NCBI GenBank assembly: GCA_050613775.1
Contig: JBODTK010000160.1
Span: forward strand, 124,001-188,000
Reading direction: 5' to 3'
From: Neocallimastix sp. 'constans'
Lineage: Eukaryota
DNA length: 64,000 nt
Part shown: one piece after another, positions 1-12,050 of the stretch
Layout: the number at the start of each line of letters is the position of its first letter
How positions within the stretch are numbered: position 1 is the first letter of the stretch
The notes under the pieces: generated by a model
What the model was told of the DNA's origin: nothing
Databases searched by the model: none
Seen by the model: only the letters and a program-made list of their open reading frames with translations
Translations under genes and position numbers: made by a program

Positions 1-1832
1 TTTAATTGTAACATGATTTTGAGTAGAAAGTTTGTCTTGCTTCACAACTTGTTGAATCATAGGTGACTGTGATGGTGGGGTTAAAGGTGGTACAGTAGTA
101 TTATAATTAGGAGAAGATATTATAGATGAAATTGTATTATTTGAATTTGATATATTTACGTTAGTAGTAGAAACTGTAGAATAATCTGTATTTGAAGTAT
201 TGTTGGTGGTAATAACAGATCCAGTCTGTGGTATATATTGTACCGCATTTTGAGGTATAGATACTATAGTATTCGCTATAGTTGGAATGGATTGTTGTGT
301 TGTAATAATATAATTATTATTATTAGAGTTTAAATTCTTTTTACTAGTATTACTATTATTATTTATGTTCAATTTATTATTACTACTGTAACTATTACTA
401 TTACTATTATTATTAGTATTAGCATTAATATTACCATTATTAGTAGAAGTATTAATTTCTATATTTGTACTTGAATTTATTGTATTTTTTGTACTTTGAA
501 TAGTCATTGATGGTGAAGATAGTTGAGTGCAAGCATCATTCTGTGAAGTTTTTGTATTATTATAAATATCAATTTTAACGTTTGATCCTGAAATATTTAA
601 AGTTGAATTTGGCAAAAAATTTGACGCCTGACTGTTTGACTGAGTTTGTAATTTTTTATCTTCATCAGAAGCTTCAGAACCTTTCATAGTATTGCTCTTT
701 TTCTTTTCTGTTTTTGAAATTTTTTGAGCTTTATTTGCTGATTGCTTTTTATTTCCTTTTCTTTTTTTCTTTGCAGCTGCGGCTTCTTCAACTTCTTTCA
801 TAGATATTATACCTTGACTTAGCATATTATTCCATACATTTGCTACTAATGCACTATTAATACTTGTTAATCTATCACCTGCACTTTCAAGTACTTTTGA
901 CCATAATAATCTCATATGTTCTGGTATTTTAGCATGTTGTTTTAATGTTCTACATAATCTAATATTATTTAGATATACGTATAAATATGTAAATTTCTTT
1001 ATATTATTTCAATATATTAAAATTACAGAAAATTTAATTTACCTTTCATGTGATGGTTGATATTTAAAGTTTTCTAATTGCTTTAATACAGCAGCTATTT
1101 ATTAAAATTTATATTATTAATTAATAATACATTAATAAAATGAAAATCTTATAAAAGGGAAACACATTTTTATATTTAATTTTTAATCCTTACCAGCATC
1201 CAAAAAACGATAGACCTCTATTATTACAATTTAAAAAGATTTTTTTTTTAATTTTTTTTTTTATTTTCAATAAAAAAAATACATGAATAAATTTTTTATT
1301 AATAAAAATTTTTATTAAAAATTTTAATTTTAAATAATTTTATTATTATACTTACGAGCTCTAAAAATATAAAAATATATATAAATTAAAAATTAATAGT
1401 CATTAATATATAGTGTTTAAAAAAATTAAAAAATATTTTTTATCATTTAATTTTAATTCTACTTCTTTTTTAATAAATTTAATTATTCATTTACCTTGAT
1501 ATCTTCCATTTTCTTCTAAAATAATCTTCTAATGTTGGATCAGTTGCTTTATATAATTTTTTACTACAAATATCATATGCCCCCATAACAGTTCTTTTAA
1601 ATTTTTCCTGTTTTTTTATATATTCTTCCCTATTAACATATAAATATACAAATTAATATATGTCATTTATTTTCACCTTTAACACCATAACAATAATAAA
1701 TAAAAAGATTTTTATAATAAAATTATTAAAAATTCGTTAAACATACTGATTTGCCGTATTTATAGCTTCAGTAGAGAGATCCATTGAGGATTCTGCTATT
1801 TTTAAATTGTATGCTACATTGACTTTTTCCAT
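1..1832 (-). CDS. Spliced gene, 3' end beyond the window. N-terminal putative HTH/DNA-binding domain, then a Lys-rich NLS-like stretch and an Asn/Thr/Ser low-complexity region
   Basis: Manual splicing with GT..AG introns: exons 1832-1747, 1629-1495, 1360-1356, 1217-1194, 1094-1043, 958-<1. These give MEKVNVAYNLKIAESSMDLSTEAINTANQEEYIKKQEKFKRTVMGAYDICSKKLYKATDPTLEDYFRRKWKISRAQVYRFLDAAAVLKQLENFKYQPSHERLCRTLKQH...; the same frame is open at the window edge (...PPLTPPSQSPMIQQ...). Confidence 0.85.
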
Positions 1833-2594
1833 TTTAGTCTTTTTTTTTTTTTAAAAAAAAAAAAAAGAAAAAATAAAATTAAATTAAATTGATAATATAT
1901 TTTATCTAATGAATTTTGTTAATAGCTTAGTTTTTCATATTTCAAATGAAATTAGTATTTTTTGTTGGAATATGTTTCTCAATTACAATTACTGTTTTAT
2001 TAATGAAAGTCTGAATTTAATTAATAAATATTAATCAATTTAAATTTATTTTTATTTTTTGGTTTTCAATATTACTTTATATTGAGTTTATATTAATGCA
2101 CTTAATACAATTTATTTATTAGTGTTAATGTATTTAATATTTAATATATATATATTTTAAACAAAAATTTATAATGGATACAGCTCAATTATAATATTTT
2201 TATTCAAAATAATATTTTGAAAATATTTAAAAAATCATAAATTTATTTAAAAATATAGAATGGTTCATATATTATATTTCTTTTGTTATTTTTATTAAAA
2301 ATTAGTTTGGAAAAAATATATAATATTCTATAACTATATTAATAAATTTTGTTTAAAAAAAATTCATTAAACATGAAATGTAAAATTTATATAAAATATT
2401 ATTAATATTTTGGTTTGGAATAATACTGTATTATTTATTTTTAATTTTTTTTTTTTTTTTTATTTTTTTTATAAACAATAATCTTTTTAATTACGTTTAA
2501 TTATTTTAATAATAATAATAATAAAATAAAAATATTAATAATACTATTATCAAATCCTATTTTTATATTCAAAATTTTATAAAACTTTTTATAG

Positions 2595-2625
<31 letters not shown>

Positions 2626-3001
2626 TTATTATTTATATAATAAATTCTTTTAATAAAAAATACATAATACATCAATACTTTTATAAAATATAAAAAATTA
2701 TATATTTAATAGTTATACAATAACAGAATAATATATTATAGTTAATATATTATAATATAATATTTCTATAAATTGAAATTATAAACATAAATATTAATAA
2801 TATATTAAGTTATATAGCGAATATTTAATATTTAAAAAAAACATATTATATTATAATATATTGGTTCCATATATTAATATTTTTTAATTTTATATTGGTT
2901 CTTTTTATATTATTTAATATATTTTAATTACTTGAAATATTATAATTATTAAAATAATTATAATTTATTAAATAATAATTATAATTTATTAAATAATATT
3001 T

Positions 3002-3037
<36 letters not shown>

Positions 3038-4069
3038 TTAAATTTAAAATAAAATTAAATATAATACTAGCAGTGGGGAAAAACATTTCATCATTGATTA
3101 TCAAGTTAATATTAATAAAATAAAAACATAATTATGGGTCAAATATTTTATTGTATTATTTGAAACCATACAATATTTTTAAACAGTACGGCCAGATATT
3201 ACCTATTATTTATTATTAGTTTTTTTTTTTATTATATATTTTCTATGAAAAATATATATTATATTTTATTATTTTTATTATTATATTTTTATTATTTAAA
3301 AGTATAATATTTTGTATCACATTATTTTACTGTTATCTTACTTTATCTACATTCTAATAATACGGTGTTTAGAGTTTTAATAATTTATAATATAAATGTT
3401 TTTATATTTTATGGTATAATCAATCTTGTTTTGTAAACAAAAAATAAAAAAAAAAAAAAACATTTTCATTTTATTGTTCAATTATACTATTAATATATAT
3501 ATATTTAATAATAATTAATTGTTATCTTTATATCATTATATTAATTTATAATATAATATATTATCAATTAAATTTTATTTTATAGTTTATTATATTTTTT
3601 TTAATATTTATATAATTATTTTTATTTTAGCATATCAGAATATACTATAATATATTAACTAATATATTCTATCTATATGTTATGTAAATATTTGCCATTT
3701 ATTATTATTTATAATTACTTTTATATAAGGATTTAATTATATTAAAAATTATTTAATTGTCAACTGAAAATAATTTATTTTAATAAAAGTAAAATTTATT
3801 TATTTCAAATATTTATTTATTTATTTATTTGGATTATAATATTTAATAATAATATGGTTTATTTTAATATAAATTAATATATAATGAAAGGTAAATAAAT
3901 TAAATAAGTTTTGCGGATTAATATGGCGAACAGTATAAAAATATAATTATTTTGAATAAAAATATTAAATATATTACTATTGCTTTAATTATATTTTCTA
4001 TTTGTTATTTTTATTTAATATAATATATAGAAATTTATTATATCAATTATATATAATCTATATTATGTA

Positions 4070-4167
4070 TTTGTGAATAATATATATAATATAAAGTTTA
4101 TAATTACGAATACTATAATTGTGAATAATATATATAATATAAAGTTTATAATTACGAATACTATAAA
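4070..4167. repeat. Tandem duplication, ~49 bp x2
   Basis: ttgtgaataatatatataatataaagtttataattacgaatactataa occurs twice in tandem. Confidence 0.85.
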
Positions 4168-7100
4168 ATTTATTTGTAGTATAAAATTTTTATATATAAT
4201 CATTAGTATAGTAATATATTAATTTACAGTTATATATTTAAATATTTAATATATAAAATAATTTAATAATTATTTAAAATAAAAAAAAATTTTTTTTTTA
4301 ATAGAAATTATTTTTAGGACAGATAAATAAACATAAGAATGTTTTTTTTTTTTTATTATTATTATGAACTTTTGGCTAAAAATTTTATTTATCGAAAAAA
4401 AAAAATTTTTAAAATTGTTGTATATTAATTTAGTACTTTTCTTATTTTTTTCCCTTATAAAACCTGTTTTACTAGTTTATTGTATATATAAAAAATTTCT
4501 CTTAAATAAATAATATTCATAATAATATTCATAATTTTGAGTGTTTATAGATAAAAATAAAGAATTATTATATAGATATATTCCAATATTTTAAAAAATT
4601 TATATTTAATAATGAATAAACAAAATAAATATATTTTATTAGGCTTTTAATAATATATAAAGTAATATTGATTATTATTCTATAATATTATAATAATATT
4701 TTATCGACAAATAAAAAAAAAAATAAAGAATATAAATAAATAAATAAAATAAAATAAAGCTTCACTCTTTATTAAATATATATATATAATTACTCGAAGC
4801 AATTATTTAAACTACTTAAAAATAAGCTCGATATTTACAATACAATTAATATAATTACAATATACAATATAGAGTATCGTTTAGATAATTATTAAAAAAA
4901 AAAAAAAAGATTTTTATATTTCAAATAAATATCTATTATTAATATATTCTAAAATACAATTATTAAAATTAATAAATATATTACTTTTTAGTATATTAAT
5001 AATAACCATATTAAGAAGTTTATCTAATCATAATTTATTGATGTAAAAATTTATATAATTATTAATTGTAAAAAAAAATTATTAATCTACAATATTAAAA
5101 ATGTATAATTTAAATAATAATCAAATAAGAATTCTAATTATTTTAATTATTACTTGATCTTTAATATGTTATATTTATATTTTCAATATGAGTGTCTTAT
5201 AAATTGATAAAAAAAATTTTTTTTTTTCTTTTTATCTACCATAAAAAAGCATCCGTTGTAATTATAAGTACATCGTACATCTCCATTTCCCATTAATAAT
5301 TAATATTAAATTAAAATAGATAAAATTATTTATAATAAGTATTTATTTTCACTTAAAAATATCAACAATCTAATATTAAATGTTAATATGTTAATTGTAT
5401 ATTTATTATTATTATTATTTGTGTATATATAATTAATATATTCATCATTTATTAATTATGATCCGTTCAATATAATAAATATATTAATTATAGAAATATA
5501 TTAATTTAAAATTTTAACCACAATAATTTTAATAATATTTATACTTTTCATTCCCTATTATTTCCTATTTCCAAAAAACAAAATAAATATATAAAACAAT
5601 AAATATTAAAATGTAAAAAAAAAAAAAATATTATATCACCATGAATAATTATACTGATATTACATATTAAATAAGGAAATAGTATTAATAAACAAAATGA
5701 AGTTTAATTATAAAATATTTATTTTAATAATATGTAAAATATATTATATTTATATTGAGTATAATATATTTAATATATATATCACCAATATATCATTACA
5801 TCAATTTATTTTTATTAATCTTTTTTCATAAAAAATAGAATTGTTCAATAAACTTAAGGAAAGAATAAAATTTAAAAGAATAATATTTAAAAGAATTGCC
5901 GTTTTAATTTTTTTGGTAGTATGAATCATTAAAATTTTAAATAAGCCAATTATTTTCATGTATAATATATGTATTAATAAATAAATAAATAAAAATTAAA
6001 TCTTTTATTTTAAATTTTTAATAATCAAAATATAAAAGAATTACAAAAGTACTAAATATAATTATAATAAATAAGCTTTATTTATAGTATTTAATTATCT
6101 TTATTTATATTTATATTTATTAATCATATTATTATTATACATTCTTACGAAAACCTCCCCCTTTTTAAAATATTTAATTATTCTCTATTTAGTAAATTAT
6201 ACCATTAATTAAAAAGTAAGCTGGTCAATTGTTATTATTAATTTGTAGTTATTAGTCATAGAGTATATATTTATTAAAAATATATATTTATATTAAAAAT
6301 ATTTTAAATACAGTAATAAAAAAATCATTGTTATGAATAGATATACAAGGGAGTTAATATGATAATAAAACATGAAGTCAATAACTCATTTTTATTAAGT
6401 TAATAATAATCATTTTATAATTATTTAATTATTATTGTTTTTATTCAAAACATAAATTATAATAAAAATATTTCAATTTTGTATTATTTATTTATTCATG
6501 TATTTAAATATAGTTAATAATTATATATCATTGTTTTTTAGTTATAACAACATTTAATATATACCATGTTTAGTATATTGCATATATGTGCAAAATAAAT
6601 ATATCAATTGCCTATTATTTATAAATTATGGAATTTATATTTTGTATTTTTTTTTCTTTCAAAATTTTTTATTAAAAAAAAAAGTCTAAAGATTATTTAA
6701 TATATATTTATGCTATATAACAAGTGATTTTTTTTTCTTTATTTTATTATTAGTAGTATTATTAATGAAGGTTAGATATTGATTATGAAATTATAAAATG
6801 ATTTTAGTTACAATAATAGAAATAGTTCTATATTATTGTTTGCCAAAAAAAAAAATTATAATGTGCTAATTTTGTTTAATGAAAAAAATATATATTTTTT
6901 TTTTAATATAAAAACAATTTATCTTTAATTGGAGATATTTTTATTACATTTTTTATACAAATTTATATATTTTATTTTTCAAAGTTACACAATCACTAAA
7001 AATTAATTTATTCATAAAAAATATGGTTTATTGAATAACTTTTTCCCAACAAAAAATGTTATTTCAAAATATTATAATATATAATATAAATCTTTTTTAT

Positions 7101-7712
7101 TTAAAAATTATAATTTTTTTTAAAAAAAATTATAATTTTAATAAATATGAAATATAATATAATTTATGTATTTAATTAGATGTATATTAAAATTAAAATT
7201 TTTTTATATATTAAAATTTTTAATTATTAAAATTTATATATATATCAAAAATATTAAATTTAAAAAGCTTGATATTAAAATATAATATAAATATTATAAA
7301 TATTGACTAAAAATTAATTGGGAACAATTCTTCATAATAATTTTTTAATTAATTTTCAATATGAAATGAAACAATCAACCAAATTCAATTATATATTTAA
7401 AAAAATTTTAATTTCTATTAATATATTTTATCTGATTAAATAGAATATTCAAAAGCTTAACAATATAAACTCTAAATATAAAATTAATGTAGAAATATAT
7501 AAATGATTGTTTTTTATAAATACTATTTACAAACTATAAAAACTATAAATTTTTTATTTTCCTAAAATGGAAATAATAATATATATTAAAATGGTATAAC
7601 TATCCATTATTTACTCTATTATATTGTGTTCCATCCTAAAATTTATATATACTAATATAGACTTTTTTTTTTATTTTTCTATTAATAACGTGAAAATAAT
7701 ATATGCAAATCA

Positions 7713-7780
7713 TTAAAAAACTGTAAACCAATATGAATATATATATTAATATACATTCACAGTGGTTTACAGTTTTTTAA
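7713..7780. repeat. Inverted repeat/hairpin with 18-bp perfect arms
   Basis: ttaaaaaactgtaaacca (7713-7730) and tggtttacagttttttaa (7763-7780); the interior is partly self-complementary. Confidence 0.8.
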
Positions 7781-9582
7781 AGGAATAATTATATAACAAT
7801 TTTATATAAATATGATTTATAATTTTGAATAGATAGCTGAAGATTTTATGGTAAGATAATATTTATCAACACCAATGTTATTTCTTCATGATTCTCATAT
7901 ACAAAATTTTTTATCTTAATAAATTGGTTAAGTATTATAAATATATATAATAATTATTAAAAAAATTAAAATATAAATATATAAAGATATTACATTTATA
8001 ATAATAATTAAAATATTAAATTTACTAAGTTATTAATGATATAATAACAGTAATAATAAGAATTTAATAAAACTTTAAAACTTGAATAATTATAAAATAT
8101 AATAATAATTAATTATTTAAAATTTCATTATATAAAGTAAAAAATTCATACGAATACTTCAATAGATAAAAAAAAGATTAATTAGTAAATGAGACATTTC
8201 TTTTTTTCTCATTAATTATTTCATTAGTAATTATTTAAATTATAAATTTATTTAATTTCATTGATATTATATTTCCACATAATTTTTTTTTATCGATCTT
8301 ATCCAATTTTGTTTATATTAAATGTCACCCATAAAGATATAAAATTTATATTTATAGTATTGTATCTTTTTTTTTTTTTTGGAAAAAATTATTTATTATT
8401 ATATCACTCTATTATAATTATAATATATTATATTATTGTTTAAAAAATATATATATATTTTTTTATTTATTAATATTGTTTTTTTTTTTTAAAATTTTAC
8501 TTTATTCAAAGAAATTATTGTTCTATTTATTTCTTTTTTTATTTTTATCTTAACATAAATAATAAATTGTTATATAAGTAACAGTATTAAAAAATAGATC
8601 TTTAATAACAACCTAATGATTATACTCCTAAATATAAATATTACTATTAACTCTTTTTTTTATTAATAATAAATAATAATAATAATAATAATATGAAATA
8701 ATAAAAAAAAATTTAATTATTCATTTCATTTCATTTAATATAAATTATTATTAAGTCAATTTTGGAATATTTATATTAAAAAGATTGATTAATTTTAACA
8801 CTAAAAAAATGATAATATATTTAAAAAAATTTTTTTTCAATATAAATAATCAAGCCTTTTAAAACATTTTTATTATTTTTAATTAGTAATTATTATAAAT
8901 TTAGCAATACATAAAAGAAATGTTAAAATTTCTATAAAAAAAAAATGTTGATTACATAAAATAAAAAGAAAATTAGCAAAAAAAAATGTATATATCTATT
9001 ATATATAAATTTATTATTTATTGAAATGTTGTACAACGTACTATATTAATTTTTCTTTTTTTAAAAAAAATAATACTTTTTTATTAAATAAAATTTATTT
9101 GTATTAATTTATTTATATTAAATTTTATTATAAACATTAGAAAGGGATACATTTTTCTTATTTATTGATATAGAAGATGTATCGCGATGGATCGATATAG
9201 AATTTTATATAATAAAAATAGAAAAATATTTATTTATTAATAATACTATAAAAGATTAATTTAACTAAACAATGAAATAACTTATTTATTAATAATACTT
9301 TAAAAGATTAATTTAAGAAACTAAACAATGAAACAAATTAAAATTCATGATACTGAAATATTGATTTTCTATATATTTAAATATTAATAAAACTTTTTTT
9401 CATAATTCTGAAAGCTTATATGTTTTTATGGGGTGGGAATGCAATTATGTTTTGAAACAAAATGTAATTTTATTTTAAACACATAATAATTAAGACTAAA
9501 TGATTTGTATATAAGATAAAAAAAAAATGTTGACTTTTACCATGAACAATTTTTTATTTATTTTATCTTTTAATAATTACAG

Positions 9583-9627
<45 letters not shown>

Positions 9628-10382
9628 ATCAACAATTACTTATAATAATAATTACATCAATAAATATTAATATAATAATAATTTTTATAAATAACCAGAT
9701 AAAATAATAATATAGTTATTACTTATCAAAAAATAAAATAAATAAAATCATATAAAATTGAAAATATATAATAAATAAATAGGTAGGTAGGTAAATAGTA
9801 AATACATAAATTTATATAAATAATAGTTATAAACTCATAATATTATCATAAAAATAATTAAAAATTAAATTAAATTTAAATATTAATATTGATTAAGATT
9901 GATAATTAGTCATTATCAAATAAAAAATCATAATCAATATTTATATTCATATTAATGTAGTATAAATAAATTAAATTCAAACCTTATTTTATATCATTAT
10001 TATTACATTTGGTATTTTTTAATACTTTTTTTTTTATTTTTTTTTTTAACTTTTTACTTTTTCTATAAATTATTCATTTTAATTATTTCTAAATAATAAT
10101 TAAATAAAATAAATATGATCATGATAATTTGATAATATTATTTATTTATAATGAATAAAGTATGCTATTATTGAATAGGTTCACGCTTATTAATTGATAA
10201 ATGATTAAATATAATAATAAAAAAATTTATTTATTTATAAATGATTAAATACAATAAAAAAAAAATAAATAAATAAATAGTATTACTATTTATTAATTAT
10301 TTTATATATAAATCATAATACCAACTTATTTCATTTTTGTCATTTTATATTGAAAAATTATTATTATTATTATTATTATTAT

Positions 10383-10697
10383 TGTTGACTGCACTCATAA
10401 TTTAACTATATATTTTATTTATTTATAGTATTTATTTATATTTATGTGTATTTATTTATTTATATTTAATGATTACTTAAATGTATTATGATCTATCGTC
10501 TTGTATAAATCTATGTTAATTATCTTTTAATATTTATTTAATTAATTTTTAATTTATTCTATGTTATGGAAAACGCATGTAGTAACATGTGACTTTATTA
10601 CTTATTTAAAGCTGAAGATAGATCATACACTTATTTCCCTTGTATACCATATTCCATAAGGAATATTATTATAGATCTAAATTTAATAAAGCTAACA
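10383..10697 (+). repeat. 5' LTR of element A (315 bp)
   Basis: TGTTGACTGCAC...AAAGCTAACA; matches 17936-17719 (minus strand) plus 19556-19656 (plus strand). Confidence 0.95.
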
Positions 10698-10711
10698 GAT
10701 TAAGAGTCTCA
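10698..10711 (+). promoter_or_regulatory. Primer-binding site complementary to the anticodon arm of tRNA-Lys(CUU)
   Basis: GATTAAGAGTCTCA directly abuts the LTR; its reverse complement TGAGACTCTTAATC matches positions ~27-40 of eukaryotic tRNA-Lys(CUU) as I recall the sequence. Confidence 0.75.
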
Positions 10712-10772
10712 GTTGACTCATATCATTTATTATTAAAAGTACTTAATTAATTCGCTTCACCGCTTCGAAATC

Positions 10773-12050
10773 ATGCAAGACTTTAACTTAGCTAAGGACC
10801 AACGCCTCCATAGAAAATCCAACTTTAATGAGTGGAAATTTCTTATTGACAATGCCGCTAAACGTCAAGGTATTAAGGAATTCATGGAAGTCGACGTCGT
10901 TGGAAAACTTAATGATGTAGGTTTTAATTACAACCCCAATGTCAACGATGTTATCAACAAGGTAATTACTAAATTAATTACCAAAATGTTGCCGCAAGCC
11001 CCTGCCACACCTATTCGAAACAATAATGCTGAGGTTAATCGAAACAATGACGTTGATATCAATACTCAGCTAACTAACCTTTTTGGTAATCCTCTTAATC
11101 ATATCAGATTAGTTGAGGAAGCAGAAAGGATCGATGCTGACATGATACTCATGATCAGTAAGAATGTCGATGATTCTGTTTTAAGAGAAATCAGCAGACT
11201 TAATAATGGTTTCCGTATAATGGAAAGACTCAAATCAAAATATGGAAATTCAAATGCTGATATGGAATACTGGCTTAAAAGGTTAAGAAGTATTAAAGCC
11301 AGAGATAGAAATCAAATCATCGAAAAGCTAGAACTTATGAAAGAAACTTTCGATGATATGGAAGAACAACATGTGGAGATCACTGATAAGGAAAAATTAA
11401 AATATCTCTATAACGTACTACCGGATGATTATAAAAATATCATTCAAATTAATTTGAATAGTGACCCTAATGTATATATTAATAATCTCAAAAGTTTTAT
11501 TTATGCAAAATCTTACCTAGAAAATTGGGAAGATAACAAAACCATTGAAAAAGATGATCCAATGGATCTAGATTTTATCAGTAGAGGAAGAAGAACTAGT
11601 AATTCCTCAAAGAAAAATGAACACAACAACCATAATAACAAAAGCTCTAACTCTAAGAAAAGAGGAAAGCAAAATGGTAACCAATATAACAATAATAATA
11701 AAGATAATAGTAACAAAGACAATAATAATAAATCATATTGCCAAATTTGTGAAGTTAAAGGACACTCTACCAGAAACTGCATATATAATATGAAGACGAA
11801 GTCAAATCATAATAAAGGGAGGCGAGAAAAGCTTCAAGTAAAGACCACATTAAATGATTATCCAAAGAAGTCTTTACATTTAATAAGTAAAATTTCTGAT
11901 CCAGACAGTGCCAGTAGTTATGACGATAATTTTGATTTTGAAGACGCAAGGGCACTGATAGAAAAACAAAAAGAAATAAACATTAACAATAAGGTTAAAT
12001 TTTCTGGATTAATTGAATACGTGAATGATAGTTTTATTATTCCAAATTGA
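10773..12050 (+). CDS. gag: Copia gag (425 aa) with CCHC zinc knuckle
   Basis: ORF starts 75 nt after the LTR; CQICEVKGHSTRNC knuckle. Confidence 0.9.
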   Translation: MQDFNLAKDQRLHRKSNFNEWKFLIDNAAKRQGIKEFMEVDVVGKLNDVGFNYNPNVNDVINKVITKLITKMLPQAPATPIRNNNAEVNRNNDVDINTQLTNLFGNPLNHIRLVEEAERIDADMILMISKNVDDSVLREISRLNNGFRIMERLKSKYGNSNADMEYWLKRLRSIKARDRNQIIEKLELMKETFDDMEEQHVEITDKEKLKYLYNVLPDDYKNIIQINLNSDPNVYINNLKSFIYAKSYLENWEDNKTIEKDDPMDLDFISRGRRTSNSSKKNEHNNHNNKSSNSKKRGKQNGNQYNNNNKDNSNKDNNNKSYCQICEVKGHSTRNCIYNMKTKSNHNKGRREKLQVKTTLNDYPKKSLHLISKISDPDSASSYDDNFDFEDARALIEKQKEININNKVKFSGLIEYVNDSFIIPN

